A stretch of 62,415 nt of DNA, the filler included, from Choristocarpus tenellus KU-1152 (taxonomy: Eukaryota; Protista; Phaeophyceae), in NCBI GenBank assembly GCA_964200185.2. It is 12 parts of 12 records of this genome, joined end to end, with 100 filler letters (N's around TTAATTAATTAA, not from the genome) between each part and the next. Parts side by side here need not be neighbours in the genome. Positions count along the whole stretch, not along the records: positions 1 to 5,020 come from CAXNAD020012138.1; positions 5,121 to 8,138 come from CAXNAD020022901.1; positions 8,239 to 15,600 come from CAXNAD020006266.1; 9 more parts are not named here. The stretch is one strand, 5' to 3'. This document shows positions 1 through 11,300 of the stretch, in pieces. The stretch's first letter is position 1. Each line of letters opens with the position of its first letter. Made by a program: the position numbers and the translations under genes. Under the pieces are notes generated by a model. That model made no database searches. It was not told the origin of the DNA and saw only the letters and a program-made list of their open reading frames with translations.

Positions 1-40
1 CAAATGGACAGCCGCCACCCCCCCCCAGATACTTTGAGCA
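1..40 (+). mobile_element. MITE family A, right end
   Basis: CAAATGGACAGCCG-polyC-AGATACTTTGAGC matches the right end of the copies at 7282-7465 and 31152-31778. Confidence 0.85.
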
Positions 41-502
41 AGATGGTGTTACATAGACTGTGTTTCTAGATGAGAACTACATCCCCTTACACTGCAAGAC
101 AGAGAGAGATTTTTCCCCTGAAGAGGCGCAGATGATTCGAGTGGAGGTGACACAACTAAACAAGTGCAGTATAATTTAACCTTCCATCTCAGCATGGACT
201 GCGGGGCACTGTTGCTGTAGAAAACAAAATCCAGAGTAGAAGGTAGAGAATCCCACAACATCTAATCTTCTTCAATTCTAAGCCAGTCAACGAACATCTC
301 TTGACCATAGTATCGTAGAAGGGGGGGTGTTTAGCCCAGGTTGTCCATTTGAGGCTTGAGACTTGATGGGATGTTGCAAGATACCCTTGTTTGATGCCTG
401 TGTTGCGAGTTATTTCTGTCGGATTTGGTCTAGGGTCGGGGGAATGGGAAAGGAAGGTGCGTTCACTCATATGTGACAAAGGAATCACTATAGGTTCTCA
501 CA

Positions 503-548
503 GGCCCCAAATGGACACCTGACCCTCGCCTCTAGGATACTATGGATC
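503..548 (+). mobile_element. MITE family B, decayed right-end fragment
   Basis: ggccccaaatggacacctgaccctcgcctctaggatactatgg resembles the family B end ggcccccaaatggacgcggctttaccctctaagatactttggctc. Confidence 0.55.
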
Positions 549-1419
549 TCATACCCAGCCCCGGCCCTATGCATATCCTGAATGGAAGCCAATTCTGTCC
601 AATATTGAGCCGCAAGACCTCGTTTAGGCGACATCCATAGGTTTCTGTACTGCCTCTCTCGCGAGATTCACGTAGTCCCAGGCAGTGGCTACGTTCTACA
701 TCTGGGCTAGTTTATATAACAGGACCTCAACCTCCTCTATGCCAACGGTTCGATTAGTCTCCGAGGCCTCCACTAAAATTCATAGAGTCACCAGTACCTA
801 CTATTCCGTGGCTTCTCGTCACCAATGTTCAACACAACTCGTACAAGGGTTTACAAGGTGTCCATCTCCATGTTCCTTTTTTTTTGTTCACTCGAGCGAC
901 CTTCGAGCTCTGAGACGTCTCTTGCCTCAAGATCTTCTCCTCGTATAGGTACTATTCGCGCATGTGCATTCGCTCATCCTCCTTCGTCAAGGAGTATATG
1001 GAGACATCCACGCGAAGTGGTAGTTTCACCATGGGCCATTGATACCCACCCCTAGACTCTTCGCCTCCCTACAGAACTCCCCTGGAAACGCTTTCACCAG
1101 CATCGCATTTTGACAAAATACTGGTCCTTAAATCTTGCTGTCCTCTTGGTATACTCTTGGATGTCCACGGTCCAGTTCCAGCCAACTCCTCGTCATTGTG
1201 CTCGTCCCTCTAACCCAACGTTTGCACCCCGCGCTCGCTCCCATGTCCAGTCATCGAGAATTTAGTTTAATTGGAGATACTCTGACTAAAGCCAGCCAAC
1301 CACAACAACACTCTCCCTCTATTGGCTTGAATTATACGCCTTAATACCTTGAAAACGTTTTGAATATAGGTCAGAAGGTCAAAAAACCAAAAGCAGTGCC
1401 AACACTGGTTTCATTTGTT

Positions 1420-2100
1420 TGAAAACCTCGATACACACATACAGGTTTAACGGTTTTGGTGAAGTCCTGTGGGTAGAAGGAGTGATAAGAAAGGACACAA
1501 CAGGTGTAATAGCAGATGTCAACATCGTAGCAACTTGTCCCATTTCTTGGAAGCTACTTCAGGAGTATTGCCACCCTCACATGAAATGTGTTGGCGGGAG
1601 GGTGGTGTAAAAGTTACCCCAAACAAGATTACTAAGGTACAGGAGGAGCGAGAATCAGAGCAGTGACATCAACGCACAGACCCTCTAAACGCCACCCTTC
1701 AACAAGTGTTGAAGGTGACTGGAAAACGACTCAAATGGGTGAGGGCATCTGCCTTGTACGAGTTCCTTGACACCTCAACAAGATGGGAGACTGCATTTAC
1801 TGTGAGGATCAATTTGGATTCTACAATATCTGAAGGATTCGGGGTAGATAATATTAGTGTAGATGCTTGAAGTCTTGTTTAGCGAAAGAGTCTACCTGGT
1901 GCACTGAAGCACAGGTGGAATTCAATGCGATGCATCTTGTGACATGCTCTGGGAAGAGGCTGATTCGATGCTGTGAAAAGTGTGGCACTATTCAATGGTG
2001 TGGTACAGGATAGTGATGCACGCTTTGAGTAGAGTTTTGTGGACATATTGACCCTCAATACATATTATTCAGATGCGTGTTGAAGTACACCTATTATAGA
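1420..2100 (+). mobile_element. Degenerate hAT-type transposase relic
   Basis: Broken frames encode KDTTGVIADVN...EYCHPHM (CxxH motif) and, near 1769-1835, DTSTRWETAFTVRINL (hAT D-x2-TRW motif), in the expected order. Many stops. Confidence 0.5.
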
Positions 2101-3415
2101 GTGAACTGGAAGTCAGAACATTGGGGAACACCATAAAAACTACAAAAAGAGGTATCATAGTTTGTTCTACGAGAAAATAATATTAAAGAGAGTCAATTCT
2201 AATTCTTAGTTAACTCAGTTGTGTCACATACCAAGTTTATTCGTTGAAGAACATCTACGAAATGTGTCAGATTTACTATAAACCGTACAAGGTACAACGC
2301 AGAGAGTCATGATCATATACAACATCGAACAAGCAGTAAGTATACTTGTGATGTGGATTTTTGTGAGTGAAAAGTGTAGTTGAGGTACACTCGGTGCACC
2401 TATATAAGAGAGATCGATATTAGAGAAAACGGGATATAAGAGAGGGTAAATTGCCTTGTCACGACTTTTTAGGCCATAGAGAGGTTTCGAGTTTTTCCTT
2501 CAAATTCTCTCTTATATCGAGCAAACTCCCATTTTTTTTCACTACTTGACCGACGGGTTTGCCAAAAAGCCATGTCTAAAGTTAAGCAAAATATAACAAG
2601 GTAAGGTAAAAGGCTGGTCAATATCAGCAGTACAAAACGTAGCAGTTTTTTTTCTCTCGGTACTGCACAGTAGAGTATATACAGTGTATCAGATCAAGGT
2701 TTGGACCACTGCATTGTAAAGATACAACGATGCCCTGCTCAACGGGATCCAGCTACAACATGCAGGGTGATACTCCTGGTCGATCACACTATACATGCCG
2801 TAAGTGTTGCATTGTAGTAGCTATCAAAATATATATAAGGATAATATAATTATAGATTAGTTTATCCGCTTCGGACATATACTAACCTTAATTAGTAGTT
2901 CCATTAATGATGTTATATCAAAGTCTGTTTTTGTAAGTTTGGATTACTTGTATATAAGGATTATTCCTGCCATCTCCGCATTGTGAAATAGATGTAAACA
3001 GTCTCATAGGTTCTTCGTAATGAAGGGGAACGGGAGGATCCACAGGAGGCAAGGAAAAGGAAAGGGACAAGTCAGGAGAGAGAGCAATCCCTCAGATGAT
3101 CACTCAGGAAAGGAGTGAACAAGTGGAAAGTGAATGAGGGGGTTTGTAAGGTCCCCTTAAACCACCCCTTATTTCCTTCAAGCAGATGTTACCTTCAACA
3201 TGCAAAAACAAATGTCATACGAATATCAGTTTCTTCAAGATAGGTTGCCTTCAGGGTATACCTTCTTTGGAAGATGGCTCTCACAATAATAGAGTTTTAG
3301 CTTAGTTCTTCTGCTTCGGTGGTACACTAAGGTTGATTAGTAGTTCAATTAATGATGTAACATCAAAGTAAGCTAGTATGGTATTAGGAATCGCCTCTAG
3401 GATAAGAAGACTGGC

Positions 3416-3716
3416 CTTGATAAATATCGAGGTGATGCAAGGCGTCTTGATCGGTGATCGGCACATCAAATTAAAGCCGAGATTAAATGCTGTCAATTGG
3501 GACAAAGAAATCCGGTCGCAAATTACTTTGTGTTGAGTTAGTAATGCCGAAAGGTTTGGTTGAATTGCGAAAAAAATGAAAATCGCTGAAAATCATGTCA
3601 AGATTTTTGTTTGCGAAGGGATTTCTTTGCGCCAATCGACTGCTTATGATCCCAGCTTTAATTTGATGTGCTTTTCACCGACCAGGACACCTTGCATCAC
3701 CTCGAAATTTATCAAG
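3416..3716. mobile_element. Fold-back MITE with about 105-bp imperfect terminal inverted repeats
   Basis: 3416-3522 (cttgataaatatcgaggtgatgcaagg...gcacatcaaattaaagc...caaagaaatcc) is the reverse complement of about 3610-3716 (ggatttctttg...gctttaatttgatgtgc...ccttgcatcacctcgaaatttatcaag). Confidence 0.8.
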
Positions 3717-4866
3717 ATTTGTGATGTTATCATAAAGGTGACTGTTAACAATATACTATGCGAGGCTTTTGGAGGTTGACCTTCGCACGCAACTCACTAC
3801 AACGCAGATGGTCCACACAGAATTGGCACAATGGCTGCGGAAGCCCCTCTGTTGAAGGACATGCTGGATATCATGGTGTGATCTCTATCTCCAGGCTTCA
3901 AGTTTCAAAGAAGTCGAAGGAGGAGATTGAGCAGAGCGTACGCACTGGTGATTGCCATGTGTCAAGAGAGGGACTCGCGCTTGATCGAGTGGACCAGTCA
4001 ATCACTGTGGAACAAGAAGTCAAAGAGGGGTCGCGACTATGATGGAGAGCCTGTATTCTTGGTCAAGCTTGGTATGAGGGCTGACCGGCTGGCTCTGTCT
4101 GATGAGCTTTTAGGCATAACGGGGGGCTACAATAACAACGAAGAGTTCAGGGTTACACACAGGCAGATGAGACATGGAGGATCACGACTCTTCTTCTCCC
4201 GTGGATAAACTCGTCCTAGGAGAGGAGAAACAGCCCTCCAAAGCAGATACAGGACGACGGACGGATGGACGTCAAAGGAACTTGATTTTATTGAGGAAAA
4301 TCGTCGTCTCGCCCATCGCACCACAACCAACTCCAACCTATCTAATATTGTTAGGAGCGATTCAAGGGTCACATCAAGATTTATTTCAACGAAAAACTCC
4401 TCTCCGATCAAAAATTAGAGGACAGAATTTGTCCTACAATTGACACGAATGTCAACACCATACAGTTAATACGTTGTAACAAATTAGTGGTTCCCCAAAC
4501 GCCATCCCAACGAGAAATATTATTGTTGTCTCCTAAAATACTATCATGGTTTCCTTCTATTTAGACATTTTTATCTTGCATCCTTTATTTCTTTCTTCTA
4601 TTCCAATATGTTTTTTTCGTTTCTTTTCGAGGTTCTATTCTTCCCTTTAATTTCTTTTCTTCCCATTTTTTCTTTTTCTTCATATTTTTTTTGTTTTTCG
4701 TTTACCCTCAATCTTCCCACTTTCTGACCTAGTGTGTATGACCTTCTTTGGACTACTTCTTTGACAAAGATTGTGATATCCGTCATACTATTAATGTTAC
4801 TACAACAATAATGCCATTGAAAATATTAATAATTTAATCTGGACATTGCACTTCCACTTCTCATAT

Positions 4867-5020
4867 GACCTAAAGTATCTGGGGGGGGGTCTACACCAGG
4901 GTATCCATTTGGACCAAAATCAGGAAAATTGAATTTACATTATCCATCCGACATATGCAACCAAATCACCCAAAAATCGTGAAATGAAAAAATTGACCGC
5001 AATTGGACAGCCGTAACCCC
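4867..5020 (+). mobile_element. MITE family A, cut by contig end
   Basis: GACCTAAAGTATCT-polyG-GTCTACACCAGGGTATCCATTTGGACC...; colinear with 7282-7465. Confidence 0.88.
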
Positions 5021-5120
5021 NNNNNNNNNNNNNNNNNNNNNNNNNNNNNNNNNNNNNNNNNNNNTTAATTAATTAANNNNNNNNNNNNNNNNNNNNNNNN
5101 NNNNNNNNNNNNNNNNNNNN
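5021..5120. other. Artificial contig-joining spacer N44-TTAATTAATTAA-N44 (first of 11)
   Basis: Identical 100-nt spacers with stops in all six frames at 5021-5120, 8139-8238, 15601-15700, 19245-19344, 24593-24692, 27862-27961, 30866-30965, 35070-35169, 38744-38843, 42129-42228 and 52039-52138. Adjacency across them is not biological. Confidence 0.97.
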
Positions 5121-5182
5121 CTCCTTTTTTTTAACTCATCTCTCCTTCTGTTTCCCCAAGAGGGCCCGCCTGGTAATATTCT

Positions 5183-5214
5183 CCCCCCCCCCCCCCCCCC
5201 AGATACTTTTGGCC
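5183..5214 (+). mobile_element. MITE family A end
   Basis: polyC-AGATACTTTTGGCC near the contig start. Confidence 0.7.
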
Positions 5215-5828
5215 TTTTTTGTGAAAGACGACTAGGTTTACAAGAGGAGAGTGGAAGGCACTAGCCTGTATGAAAAGACAGGAAAAGGGCGGATGATTGA
5301 GTGCTTCGACTCCTTTTGTGTAAGATTGTGATAGATATACGCCAGTGAACTGTGTATGTGTGTCTTAGACATCTGGAAGAGGAAAAAGAGTCAGGAGGTC
5401 GGATCTAACATGGAAATGGAAGAACATTGATTAATATTTCCGTGCTTGTGGGTTCCTTGCTTATCATGTAGATATTGTGGAAGAATACACCCTGCTTTAG
5501 GACACTTGGAGGGCACACACAAGGGCACACGATTCTAGCAAGAGAAGGCACCTGATGAGTGCCTAGGCTCTTTGTAATAATCACAACAACACAAAAGGAA
5601 TAAATTATGTTTTCCCCCAACATAATAATAATGCAGCAGACAGGTATCGTTGGGGTCTGATCTCAGTCGGATTCGTTTTCGAGCGCACACTCAAGTGAAT
5701 TGCACCCACTGTTCTTTATCATTCATAACAAACAGATCACCACCAATAGTTGAAAACCTCCGACGACCCTTGGAAGACTTGTTGCGAGATCCACAACAAC
5801 GTGATATCCTGCGAATAGCTCCAGGAAT

Positions 5829-6893
5829 CTAGATCTCCATTAACTGAAAGTGCTTGCTGGATTCTCTGGTGCGAAAGATGCGAAAAAGTTTCTGTCTCTG
5901 CAACCTTGGTTCTCTTTTTTTTCTTATTATGATGGTCCCTTCTCTCTCATTTTGGTGCTTTTCATCACTCCTCAGTACTGACTGGACATTGTCTTGCCAC
6001 AGTGGTACTCATGAAAGGCTCAAACTCGGGATCTCACCTTCATCAGAGCCAACTTGTCGACAGCACTCAACATGCTTTTGCTTTGTATCCTCGAGGTTAT
6101 GTCCCTGTGATTATACCTACTACTCACAACGTGAGCGACCGTCATAATAACCCACCAGATTCCACCAGATTCCACTAGAAGAAGCAGATATGAAGGTTGG
6201 AATCATTTTTCAAGACGGTATCATTGGCGACTTCTCCACTCGGTCAACTTTTTTTCTACATATTGTTAAACCACGCCTAAATGAATAATTTATTGTTGGA
6301 CTAAACATTAGGGTTGGTCAGGATTTTTCATCATCCTCCAAGACTGAATGAACATTGCCATCATACCACAACAACAACAACAACAACAACAACAATAACA
6401 ATAACAATAACAATACTCATGACGATGATATTCATAATAGCAAATATAATATTAATCGGATTGAGAACAGAAATAACAATACTAACAAAAATATTTTTGC
6501 TAATTGTTATCATTTCGATAATTATTTGAACAGTTAAAGAATTATATTAATAGTACTTCGAAGTAATACTCACCGTCCCCACGGAAAATCAAAGCTCCTA
6601 CAGGAATCTTTTGGACAAGGGTTATACATCAAGTGGGGGCGTGTTGAGGTACTTATGACAGAATACAGGAACAGTAGTAGCAGTATCAATTGTGATGCCT
6701 TAGGTGGGGTCATTGCTGACAAAATCAGGTACTCGAACAAGTCTTGACGAGACTTTGAGGGCACCAACATCAGACATACAATGTTGTATGGCAGATGCAT
6801 GCCAACAATAGGATTGGGAGGTGCACCACATATCATACTCCTCACCCAGACACAGCACAGGTCGGATCGATGCTTGGATACGATCGAGACACC
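5829..6893 (-). CDS. Candidate 3' part of an unknown spliced gene (exons 6893-6846, 6597-6574, 6116-6038, 5897-5829)
   Basis: Four GT-AG bounded segments chain in phase: ..VSRSYPSIDPTCAVSGSFDFPWGRYNHRDITSRIQSKSMLSAVDKLALMKRQKLFRIFRTRESSKHFQLMEI*. No recognisable homology. Confidence 0.3.
6368..6415. repeat. (AAC)n/(AACAAT)n microsatellite
   Basis: Read directly from the sequence. Confidence 0.9.
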
Positions 6894-7281
6894 CTGGACA
6901 TATTTAGACTTGTAGAAGAGTTTCTTGAGGATCACACATCATACTTCACATGTACTTCAAAACTCCGTTGTTTAGTGAAAGCAAGTATTTCACAGTTAAG
7001 TTTTTTTATTGCTTAGTATTGTTCTATTTTGTTTTACATCCAGTAGTAGATAGACGAAAGCAAGTGGATCAATATGTACGTGTGCACATGCGTGTATACG
7101 TATGAGTGAACTGAGTGGTGAGGCATTGCCCCACCCTTGCTCTTCTACCTCAGTCTAATGTAGACCAAAGATTGGATTCTGGTGTACACACTCCTAATCT
7201 AATACATCATCAAAAGGAAACAACATGCTCATGTGACACATCATCTTGTCGCAGGGATGCTCTGAGCCAAGAAAAACAAGA

Positions 7282-7465
7282 GACCCAAAGTAACTGTGGT
7301 GGTGGTGGGGGTCTATACCAGGGTGTCAATTTGTGCCAAAATACGGAAAAGTGCTTTTGCATTATCCATCGAAAGTATGCAACCAAATCACCCAAAAAAT
7401 CGCGACATGAAAAAATTGATATCAAATGGACAGCCGACACCCCCCCCCACCAGATAATAAGATCC
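7282..7465 (+). mobile_element. MITE family A, full length (about 184 bp), TSD AGA
   Basis: aga|GACCCAAAGTAACT...AGATAATAAGATCC|aga, with subterminal GTC(C/A)ATTTG and CAAATGGAC motifs. Confidence 0.88.
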
Positions 7466-7649
7466 AGAAGTACCCAGATTTGGCTGTTGTTTATGTTAAG
7501 CCACTTTTTCATCTTTTGCAATTCACCCTTATTTGTATGGGTGAAGAGCTATGATTGACTTGAGAACAATGATATCTCTATTGTTTGAAATTAAAGCTGA
7601 ATTTTGTACATTTTGTTGTGAGATGTTCTTCTAGCTTACCATAATGAGA

Positions 7650-7915
7650 TAATGTAGCTCCAACCTACAAGCCTGTAGGGTGAAGATGAGGCTTATAGGA
7701 GGGCTCCATAAAGGAAATGTCGTCGACTATGCTGGATCTCTCACTTCCATCATACACTTCATTGGTTCCAAAGGAGTATAAATAGGACTGAGCAAACATG
7801 CGTATGACCTTATAATGACAAAATAGTAATAAACAGTCAAGTACAAATTTATAATCTAGGACTTCAAGGTCATGGTGGTGCTTACGAAACCACCATTAGG
7901 GCACATCGCCTGTGT
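7650..7915 (+). mobile_element. Fragment of the TGTTACAG LTR family
   Basis: Matches 34430-34695 (tagctccaa..ctac..gcct.tag; atgac.aaata.taa...aagtacaaat...aatctag.acttcaa.gtcat..tggtg...atcgcctgt). Confidence 0.6.
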
Positions 7916-7948
7916 AAAGTCGTTAGTATCCTTAGAATGCGACCTTGG

Positions 7949-8103
7949 GGCTCAAAGTATCTCGGAGGGGGTGGCGGCTGTCCATGTGGGGTCAATTTGT
8001 TCATATCACGATTTTTGGGTGATTTGGCTGCCATACGTCGGATGAATAATGCAAATGCACTTTTCCCGATTTTGGTCCAAATGGACACCCTCGTGTAGAC
8101 ACC
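7949..8103 (-). mobile_element. MITE family A, inverted copy
   Basis: GGCTCAAAGTATCT..ggcggctgtccatgtgg...ggtccaaatggacaccctcgtgtagac is the reverse complement of family A. Confidence 0.87.
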
Positions 8104-8365
8104 TATCACCACTCTCCCCCTTTCTTATTATCTTTCCANNNNNNNNNNNNNNNNNNNNNNNNNNNNNNNNNNNNNNNNNNNNTTAATTAATTAANNNNNN
8201 NNNNNNNNNNNNNNNNNNNNNNNNNNNNNNNNNNNNNNCTGTAGCGCCCCCCTCCCAAAAAAAAAAAAAAAAAAATATTGTACCAATTTCTTCTTTTTTT
8301 TGGCGAAAAAAAGAGGGGGGGGGGGGGGGGGGGGGGGAGGCAGCAGTAAGAAAAATGAAGCTTAC

Positions 8366-11300
8366 ATCCCAAGCCTGACCCTTCCATGCTGCCTCCATCA
8401 TCAGCTCAGGGTACTGCAGTGAAGAGGAGAAGTCAACCAAGACGCTCCACTGACTCAGCTGTCGAGTACAGTCAATCCACCGCTCCTTCAAAGGGAAGAG
8501 ATGTGAGGAGGAAGGAGAAACATTCTTGTCAAACAATTAGCCTGTCTCCAGTGGTGAATAGAGGGTCATCACCTTGGATTAGTTTCTAAAGTAACACTAA
8601 ACATGGAACCTACGACAACTGCTGCAGCTTTGTTGTAAGGGGAAAATGCTTACCTCCCATGTCTCGAGCTCTGCCTGACTGACATGAATCGTCCCTTTCC
8701 TACTCTGCTCCTTGGCAATGCACTGGTAGTACAGCTGCTGAGCTTGCACTACCATACCATTTGCCTCCATTGACAAAGCAACCTACAAGGGAGCAATGTC
8801 CACAACATGAGTTTACAATATTGGACAAACAAGGAATTGAGGAGTGGTGAGTTACTGCAGAAACATATTAGTGAGGAGTGGTGAGAAGCAATGCTTAGTC
8901 AGAGGAACAGTTAACATGTTGTATAGAACCCACAGTACAATAATGGAAGGTGTAATCTGCACCCCACCTTAGTGTCATTGGACATAGCAAATTTCCTCCT
9001 TAGCGCATGGCTCACATCATCCTCTCCTAGATGCTTGTAGAGGAATGCCAGGATCCGCATCCACTGTGGTCGTTCCTGCATTGACGCATGCATCACCTAG
9101 AAGGAATTTAGGTGGGTGGTGACTGCAAGTGAGACCTCAACACAACCAATTGGATAAATGTGTGTTTAAAAAAAAACAGAATTGCCTGTGAGTGTGTGGA
9201 AAAAAAATACACACAATACTTACAAAGTGTTTGTTTTCATATTCCACCTCCTGACAAGTAAGTAAATATTGGAGCGAAGCTATCAATGAAGAATACTATT
9301 TATTATTGTTATTATTAATGGAATGGCATTGCATCTTCTGCATATTCACCTGCCTTACATAATACCCCCAACGATCATTCTAGACGTTAAGGTCTACAAC
9401 ATGTTAGTAAGGAGAACGTGAATAAAAACAGCTTATCATAGATCCAACTGATGACGTAATGCCCAAGCTCTAACCTGGTGCTCAAACATGGGTATAACCA
9501 TGTGCCAGGCATTATAACCAACAGCTAGGGCACCAAGAAGATCAAGGGGCAGTGGGGGCAGGGGGCGCAGTGCCAGCACCGCCCGCAGAAGGCTCTGGAC
9601 CACATTCATCTGGGGGGTGATAAGACAGGATCATAGGCAACATAAATGCATTGGTGGTTGGATCAGCTAAACCCCCATAAACACTAACCCTGAATATTTC
9701 TAAGTCATACGCACTAAAGCACAAGATGTGAGTCACACATATAAATGGTCTAGGCAAAGAGGGTTGAAAAAGTCGCCCCCTGCCAGCTTCTTCTCTACTA
9801 GCAATACTTCCACATAATAAAAATTGCATTTGACCAAAACGAACCTCCCTATCCTCGCTTCCCTCACATACTACACACCCCCCAAAAATCATACCCATAT
9901 CAGTCATGCCAACCAATACAAGCATGGTACAGAAGGGTGTGGGACAAAGACATCCTTTTTAGGCATACACTGATATATATATGCTACCCTGTTGATGCAA
10001 ACATGCCGTTTCATGCCATGTCCCCTGAACCCAGCACCAAACTATCTCTTACATTGTGTGAGTCCTGCATGAGCAAAGGCAGGTTCATTGTCTGAGTGTG
10101 CCAGGGCTTGGCAAGCAAGGCTCCAACTGTGGTTGCGAATCCAGCCCGCCTTCTTCCTGGGAATGCTCCCCAGGCAGCCTTTAGAGTCTTAGCCCAAACC
10201 AAATCTGCCAGGACAACATCAGCGTAAAGGAGCTTTCGAATTGGCTCAACTAGCTCTCCCACTCTTGCACTTGCCCCCTTCAGTGCCAAGGCATAGGCCT
10301 TGAAAGTCATCTCTTCTTCCTCTGTGGAACCCTCAGGAAGAGGGGGTAGAGATGGTCCAGTTCCTGGGGCATGGGGCAGGGGATCACCATTGTAAGACTC
10401 AAGGCAAACTTGGTATTTGTGTAGCACATGCAGGGCTATAAACCACAATTTTCACAATAAACTGTACCATAAAGGATGGTGTATACTACAGGCCTAATGC
10501 AGCTCTTACTTGATTCTCACCAAAAACCGTGCATTGGGTTTGGGAAAAAAAGGACCCAGCCAATACCATGGCCAAAATGTTCCCAAAGGCCAATGACCAG
10601 TTGATTCCTCAGTATCCTGGCAGCTTCGAGGTAGACATTTAATAGGATTCAGCCAACAAAGATGGCAGGATAAAACTTTCCTATTCAGTAGAGTATGATA
10701 CAAGGCAGGATAACAAGGAATCCACATGCACAAAACAATCCCAACAGCACATCCTCTAGCACTTTCATGGAACATCAAGTACTACGCAAAAAAAACACAT
10801 AAATTAAATTTGGTCAGGTGTCACCTCATTGAATCCACAACCACACCACACATCAAACCTTCTGCTCCAGCAGACACAGCAGTAGAAAAGGGCCTCATAC
10901 ATCGGTCAGCCTCCAGTACCAGTGGTTGGCCTTCATCTACCACAGCCAAAAGTGCATCTGCAACAACTGCAGGCCAGAACTGTCGATGAAGTGGTTCCCA
11001 GTCCATACCAAGCGCATGAAGAACAAGCGCACTTGGAGACGGCAATCGTGAGGTACAATTACCCTGCCCAGAGCGCCCTGCACCTACCCCTGCTCCAACT
11101 GCAGCCCTTGCAGTGTCCGCCAATTTCGCGTCTTGAAGGAAGCCTTCCATGAAACGTCTGAGTTGAGGCAGATATCAAGCAAGAATGTTGCCCAAGGTTA
11201 GGGTTAGTGTTCTAAGAACATCACAAAAAAATAATAATGTTGAGCGAATCCAGCATCATCATTGACAATGCATGCAGATCAGGTACAATACAAATGTTGC

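Noticed and set aside
2386-2525. Repeated GATATAAGAGAG motifs with an inverted copy, pogo-like MITE ends
   Set aside because: Could not define both termini or a TA duplication.
6314-6537. Poly-T/poly-N ORFs (also 15143-15530 and 47527-47746)
   Set aside because: Microsatellite translations.
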